Of a stretch of 64,000 nucleotides of DNA, positions 60,453-64,000 are shown piece by piece. The position numbers and the translations under genes were made by a program. This DNA is from Bdellovibrionaceae bacterium UBA3535 (GTDB taxonomy: Bacteria; Bdellovibrionota; Bdellovibrionia; Bdellovibrionales; UBA840). The stretch's first letter is position 1; each line of letters opens with the position of its first letter. Under the pieces are notes generated by a model that had not been told where the DNA came from, did no database searches, and worked only from the letters and a program-made list of their open reading frames with translations. The DNA is taken from NCBI GenBank assembly GCA_002376845.1, contig DFOS01000024.1, positions 246,532-310,531 of the forward strand, read 5' to 3'.

Positions 60453-61090
60453 TTAGCTGCACGTTGCCGTACAAATTTCTTTTTTAGTCTTGGTAGTATA
60501 AATGCAAACAATACAAAGACCACTACAAAGACAATAATGTACATATGAAATTCTTTTGCCTTAGCTAAGGCTTCATCCATATTTTCTCCGGCCCACTGTC
60601 CAAGATAAATCCATACGGGTACACTGATGAGAGCGGCAAAGCCGTCTTGTAGTAAAAAAGTGCTAGGTTTTACTTTTAAAATGCCCGCCGTTAAAAAAAT
60701 CGGGGAGCGAAGTCCTGGTAAAAAGCGAGCAATAAAACAAATGGCACGAGCGTTTTTTTGAATTCGCAACTCTGCCTTTTCAATTCTTTCGGGAGTAAAA
60801 ATCTTACGAAAAACTGGCCAGGTAAAAACGCGTCTGCCTTTATAGCGGCCAAGAAAAAATAAAAATGAATCCCCCGCCATGATGCCGATATAACTAACGG
60901 CATAGGCGCCAAAAAGAGAAATTTTACCCGTACCCGCGAGTATGCCAGCCGCAATAAGGGTGATGTCTTCAGGGATGGGTACACCTAGACCGCAGGCTAG
61001 CAAGACGCCCAATATAGTCAGGTAAGCAGTAGTACCATCAAGGCCCGCTAAAAAACCCAATATCGTTGCGGCTAGTCCAGTCTTTTCCAT
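60434..61090 (-). CDS. DedA family membrane protein
   Basis: GVPIPEDITLIAAGIL and FIARFLPGLR motifs. Confidence 0.82.
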   Translation of the reverse strand: MEKTGLAATILGFLAGLDGTTAYLTILGVLLACGLGVPIPEDITLIAAGILAGTGKISLFGAYAVSYIGIMAGDSFLFFLGRYKGRRVFTWPVFRKIFTPERIEKAELRIQKNARAICFIARFLPGLRSPIFLTAGILKVKPSTFLLQDGFAALISVPVWIYLGQWAGENMDEALAKAKEFHMYIIVFVVVFVLFAFILPRLKKKFVRQRAANQEPHS

Positions 61091-61141
61091 AGGATCTCAA
61101 GTCGTATTGTTGTTGAGGTTATTCGAGACTATAATAAAAGC

Positions 61142-61528
61142 ATGTCGAAGAAAATTTTAATTGCAGATGATGCCCCGTATATTCGAGAAATAATTCGCAA
61201 TATTTTATCTGAGGAAAATATTACTTTTCTGCCTGATGCCTGTGATGGAGCTGAGGTGGTGGACTTGGCGCTAAAACATCAGCCAGATCTAATATTTATG
61301 GACCTAGCTTTACCAAAGAAAAGCGGTATCGATGCATCTGCTGAAATATTAGAAAATTTGGATCATGTTAGAATTGTAGCAATTTCTTCCTTGCATGACT
61401 CCTATATGATTCAGGCCGCACTAGAAGCGGGCTGTGTGGATTTTATTAAAAAACCATTTCAGGTTGAAGATATCTTGCAAGCTGTTAACTACAGTGAGAA
61501 GTCCGAAAAGGTGGCCTCCGGTGAGTGA
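61142..61528 (+). CDS. Single-domain response regulator (CheY-like receiver)
   Basis: ILIADD..., DLIFMDLALP (phospho-Asp context), ..FIKKPF. Confidence 0.85.
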   Translation: MSKKILIADDAPYIREIIRNILSEENITFLPDACDGAEVVDLALKHQPDLIFMDLALPKKSGIDASAEILENLDHVRIVAISSLHDSYMIQAALEAGCVDFIKKPFQVEDILQAVNYSEKSEKVASGE

Positions 61529-61898
61529 GCTGTTTTTTATACTGAAAACGTTTATATTGACGATGGTTTTTGTCCTGCTTTTGCAAATTAAAATTGGCGA
61601 AAGAACCTTGGATGAAAAAATTCAAGCAGGAATTCAAAGCAGTCATTTTGCGGAACCTATTGAAGAAACCGTCCGCGGTGGAGTGCTGATGGTGGAGCAT
61701 GGCTATCGTAAATTTCTATCGCTGTTCAATCAGTCATTAAAAGAGAAGATCAATCAAGACAATGCCCCGGGCAATCGTTTCAAGATGCCAGAGCTACGTC
61801 GGCAAGCGGAGGAAATCCGCGAAGATGTAGAGGGGAAGACTAAAGAGACGGCCAAGAAGTTTCGTGACCGCCTAATGAGTGAGGATGAGTCGTATTAG
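61521..61898 (+). CDS. Small membrane-anchored protein
   Basis: GTG start after AAGGTGG, overlapping the receiver gene by 8 nt. N-terminal TM helix (LFFILKTFILTMVFVLLL). Confidence 0.5.
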   Translation: MSELFFILKTFILTMVFVLLLQIKIGERTLDEKIQAGIQSSHFAEPIEETVRGGVLMVEHGYRKFLSLFNQSLKEKINQDNAPGNRFKMPELRRQAEEIREDVEGKTKETAKKFRDRLMSEDESY

Positions 61899-62089
61899 CG
61901 ATTTCCTCTGCGTTCGTCACGGTCGCTACGGGACGCTTGACGAGTGATATCGGAAGCCTTGGCTGCGGATTTAGTCTCACAAACCTGACCCATTTTATCA
62001 CGTTTTGCCGCACCATCTAGCATGTTTACATCGGCATTTGCTATTCCAGCAAAGGCCATAATTGTAATTAAGCAAAGTAAGTGTTTCAT
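61895..62089 (-). CDS. Small secreted protein (64 aa)
   Basis: Start at MKHLLCLITIMAFAGIANA, preceded by AAGGAGAG; the longest ORF reaches 62137. Confidence 0.55.
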   Translation of the reverse strand: MKHLLCLITIMAFAGIANADVNMLDGAAKRDKMGQVCETKSAAKASDITRQASRSDRDERRGNR

Positions 62090-62218
62090 TTTTCTCTCCT
62101 TTATACATCTAATTAAGATGCCAAAAGCGTGCCACAAATAAATCCTTCAACTTCAATATAAGTGGACTCTATTGTCTCAAAATGAGACGGTCTGTTAAAA
62201 TCCTTTACAGCTGTAAAG

Positions 62219-62446
62219 TTAATTGCGTCCATCCGTTTCTTTTTTGGGATTTGTATCACTATTAAGTCGTAGCGTGTTTGAGTTCAGACCTGCTTCTGCA
62301 AAGGTGTCCACATCGCAGCACTGTTCGTTTGGGTCTAAGGGATTCAGGCCTTCAGACACACGAGGATCCATACTAGGATTATCCTGCAACATTGGATCTA
62401 TACTCCCAGCAAAACTAATAGCAATAAGTAGCTCGATCAAAATCAT
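62219..62446 (-). CDS. Doubtful small ORF (75 aa) abutting the YD-repeat gene stop
   Basis: The ATG lies 1 nt after the upstream stop. No SD sequence. The hydrophobic N-terminus contains Glu. Confidence 0.3.
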   Translation of the reverse strand: MILIELLIAISFAGSIDPMLQDNPSMDPRVSEGLNPLDPNEQCCDVDTFAEAGLNSNTLRLNSDTNPKKETDGRN

Positions 62447-62447
62447 A

Positions 62448-64000
62448 TTATATACCTAGCTCTACGCCAGCAGGGCGGATTAACTCTACCAGGCTATTAA
62501 AAGCCCTGGCAACTTGTACGGCCACCGCGGCACCTTCTTTGCTATCGACTTTGGCGATTTCGCCATTATCTTTATAGCTTACAAGCAATTTGCCAACGCC
62601 GGGCCGTGTGACCACGCCAGGCTTGCCGACTTTTTCATTGTATTCAATTAGAACCTTTCTTTTTGCTTGATCGATAAGGCCAACGATTCTGCCGCTACGG
62701 TCATAGTCTAGCTTTACGGCTAACCCCGTGCTGCTTTTGGCAATGCTTAAATTGCATTTAGCATCGTAGCGAAACTGTGTATTGTTTTTCCCAACCTTTA
62801 CGGCGTTAACCTTCTTGCACTTTGGGTCATATTTAAATTCGGTTACCAATTTGCCCACTGTCTTTTTATGAACCAGACCGTTTTGATAGTAGGAGTATTT
62901 GGTTACCAAACCATTCTCATTCACCATTACCGGTTTTTCATGTAAGGGGTGGTATTGAATGGTAGTTTTGCGGCCATTCACTTCTGAACGAACCTTGGCT
63001 AGGTAGTCGCCTTGCCCCGTCTCGGAGGGTTTGAATAAAAATTCATACTCGCTCTTTGTTACGACCTTGCCCTTACACTTTTTTACCAAAGCAGTAGTAT
63101 AGTGACGATCAGGGTTGTTTTTGTTTTGTTTGTAATCATATTCCTCGAAACAGCCATCGCGGTGCTTAAATGCTACTACCCAATCCTTATTGGTATCGTA
63201 CTTAATTTCACGAGTCGTATTGTCGGGATAAGAAATTTTCGTCAAATTGTGTAAGCTATCATATTGATAGGTATACGTATTCTTCCAGGCGTTGGTAACT
63301 TTAACAAGGTCTTGGCCATCGTAAGAATAGGTCGCACTGAGTCCTTTCGGTCCAACAATGGATTTTACTTTTCCGCTTTTTGTCCAAGTAAAGCTAAGTT
63401 GCCTTGCTTTGTTGTCTTTGATTTTACTGATTTGAGAGTCTTTTCCATATTCAAATAACAAGTAGTTTCCATTTTTGTCATTTTTGCGAACGAGCTTGCC
63501 ATTGCTGTCATATACTTCTGTTGTAGAATTGCTAAGAGTTCTTACGAATTGCTTGTCCTTATAAACAATATTGTCAATGCCTTTAAGATTGGCCTTAAAA
63601 ACAGTGCCATTTTTAATGCTAGCATTGATATTGTATTTCTGAGCTAATTCCTCACGTTTTTTGCGATCGTTATAAAGCTGGTCGGATAGCTCATTGAAAT
63701 ACTTTGCAGAAAAACGTTGGCCGGATTTTTTCATGTTCTCAACAATAGACTCCACCACATTTTTCACATCTGTTTTCTTGAAGTTCGAAGGATAAAAAAC
63801 AGTTTCATTTCCAGCGCCACATGTAGTTAAAACGAGAGTGCCATCGGATTTAGTTTCGATTTTGCTTTCAAAACGAGAACACCAACCAAAACCAAACATA
63901 CCATTATACAAGGTTCTACTGTTATAGGTTCTTTTAACGGAAAGATCATAGCCGGTACCGCTTAGCTCTAGATCGACCCAAGGATCTGCAAAGTTAGCAT
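62448..64000 (-). CDS. YD/RHS-repeat protein (5' end outside window)
   Basis: The frame stays open to base 64000 (..LSVKRTYNSRTLYNGMFGFGWCSRFE is the RHS N-terminal core motif). Repeated YD-type units are present (YDSNGKLV, YSYDGQDL, YQYDSLHNL, IKYDTNKD). The track start at 63911 is an internal TTG. Confidence 0.8.
   Translation of the reverse strand, partial: ANFADPWVDLELSGTGYDLSVKRTYNSRTLYNGMFGFGWCSRFESKIETKSDGTLVLTTCGAGNETVFYPSNFKKTDVKNVVESIVENMKKSGQRFSAKYFNELSDQLYNDRKKREELAQKYNINASIKNGTVFKANLKGIDNIVYKDKQFVRTLSNSTTEVYDSNGKLVRKNDKNGNYLLFEYGKDSQISKIKDNKARQLSFTWTKSGKVKSIVGPKGLSATYSYDGQDLVKVTNAWKNTYTYQYDSLHNLTKISYPDNTTREIKYDTNKDWVVAFKHRDGCFEEYDYKQNKNNPDRHYTTALVKKCKGKVVTKSEYEFLFKPSETGQGDYLAKVRSEVNGRKTTIQYHPLHEKPVMVNENGLVTKYSYYQNGLVHKKTVGKLVTEFKYDPKCKKVNAVKVGKNNTQFRYDAKCNLSIAKSSTGLAVKLDYDRSGRIVGLIDQAKRKVLIEYNEKVGKPGVVTRPGVGKLLVSYKDNGEIAKVDSKEGAAVAVQVARAFNSLVELIRPAGVELGI

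Noticed and set aside
62219-62446. N-terminus MILIELLIAISFAG as a type IV pilin-like helix
   Set aside because: There is no leader with Gly at -1. The in-frame upstream codons are stop-V-Y-N, and Glu is not at +5 of any plausible cleavage site.

Overview
This is a 64-kb chromosomal window from an AT-leaning Gram-negative bacterium. The many secreted hydrolases, PilZ/GGDEF genes, an acidic LysM/proline-rich envelope protein and a giant pilin-like protein recall Bdellovibrio-like organisms, but that is only an impression. Bases 1-14 kb hold a tightly packed, often start/stop-overlapping housekeeping run: gatB (partial), Ppx/GppA-like, DUF192, LysM protein, PilZ, rho, rpmE, prfA-prmC-murA, HIT, GYF/TPR protein and serS. 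Bases 14-24.8 kb hold a GGDEF cyclase, a clan GH-A glycosidase, S8 and trypsin-like proteases, a POT transporter, tRNA-Ser(UGA), an M3 peptidase and an alkaline phosphatase. Bases 25-33.6 kb hold an orphan 1271-aa membrane protein and a light/oxidative-stress cluster (photolyase-related protein, GPx, SDR, DUF429-like protein, Cry-DASH). Bases 33.8-41.9 kb form a tRNA-rich accessory zone: tRNA-Asn, a G+C-rich gene for a 1240-aa cysteine-rich protein with a type IV prepilin N-terminus, tRNA-Arg, gmhA, tRNA-Ser(GCU) and a decayed multi-part island. Bases 42-64 kb hold two unknown secreted proteins, Ktr potassium uptake genes, a fructosamine-kinase-like gene, GNAT, an M19 dipeptidase, eukaryote-like nrdB-nrdA with NrdR boxes, groESL with an RpoH-type promoter, OMPs, DedA, a CheY-like regulator and a partial YD-repeat protein. 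The most interesting signal is a family of about 135-nt non-coding elements. Each lies just downstream of a tRNA gene's terminator and ends in a second copy of that tRNA's 3' end from the T-loop to CCA. Two copies (tRNA-Arg and tRNA-Ser(GCU) loci) are clearly homologous and differ by compensatory base changes in three helices. A third, divergent copy sits at tRNA-Ser(UGA). Also notable are nested att-like repeats with an iteron-like array at tRNA-Ser(GCU), the giant Cys-rich pilin-like protein, and the orphan 1271-aa membrane protein. I saw no CRISPR array, rRNA, intact IS element or intact integrase.
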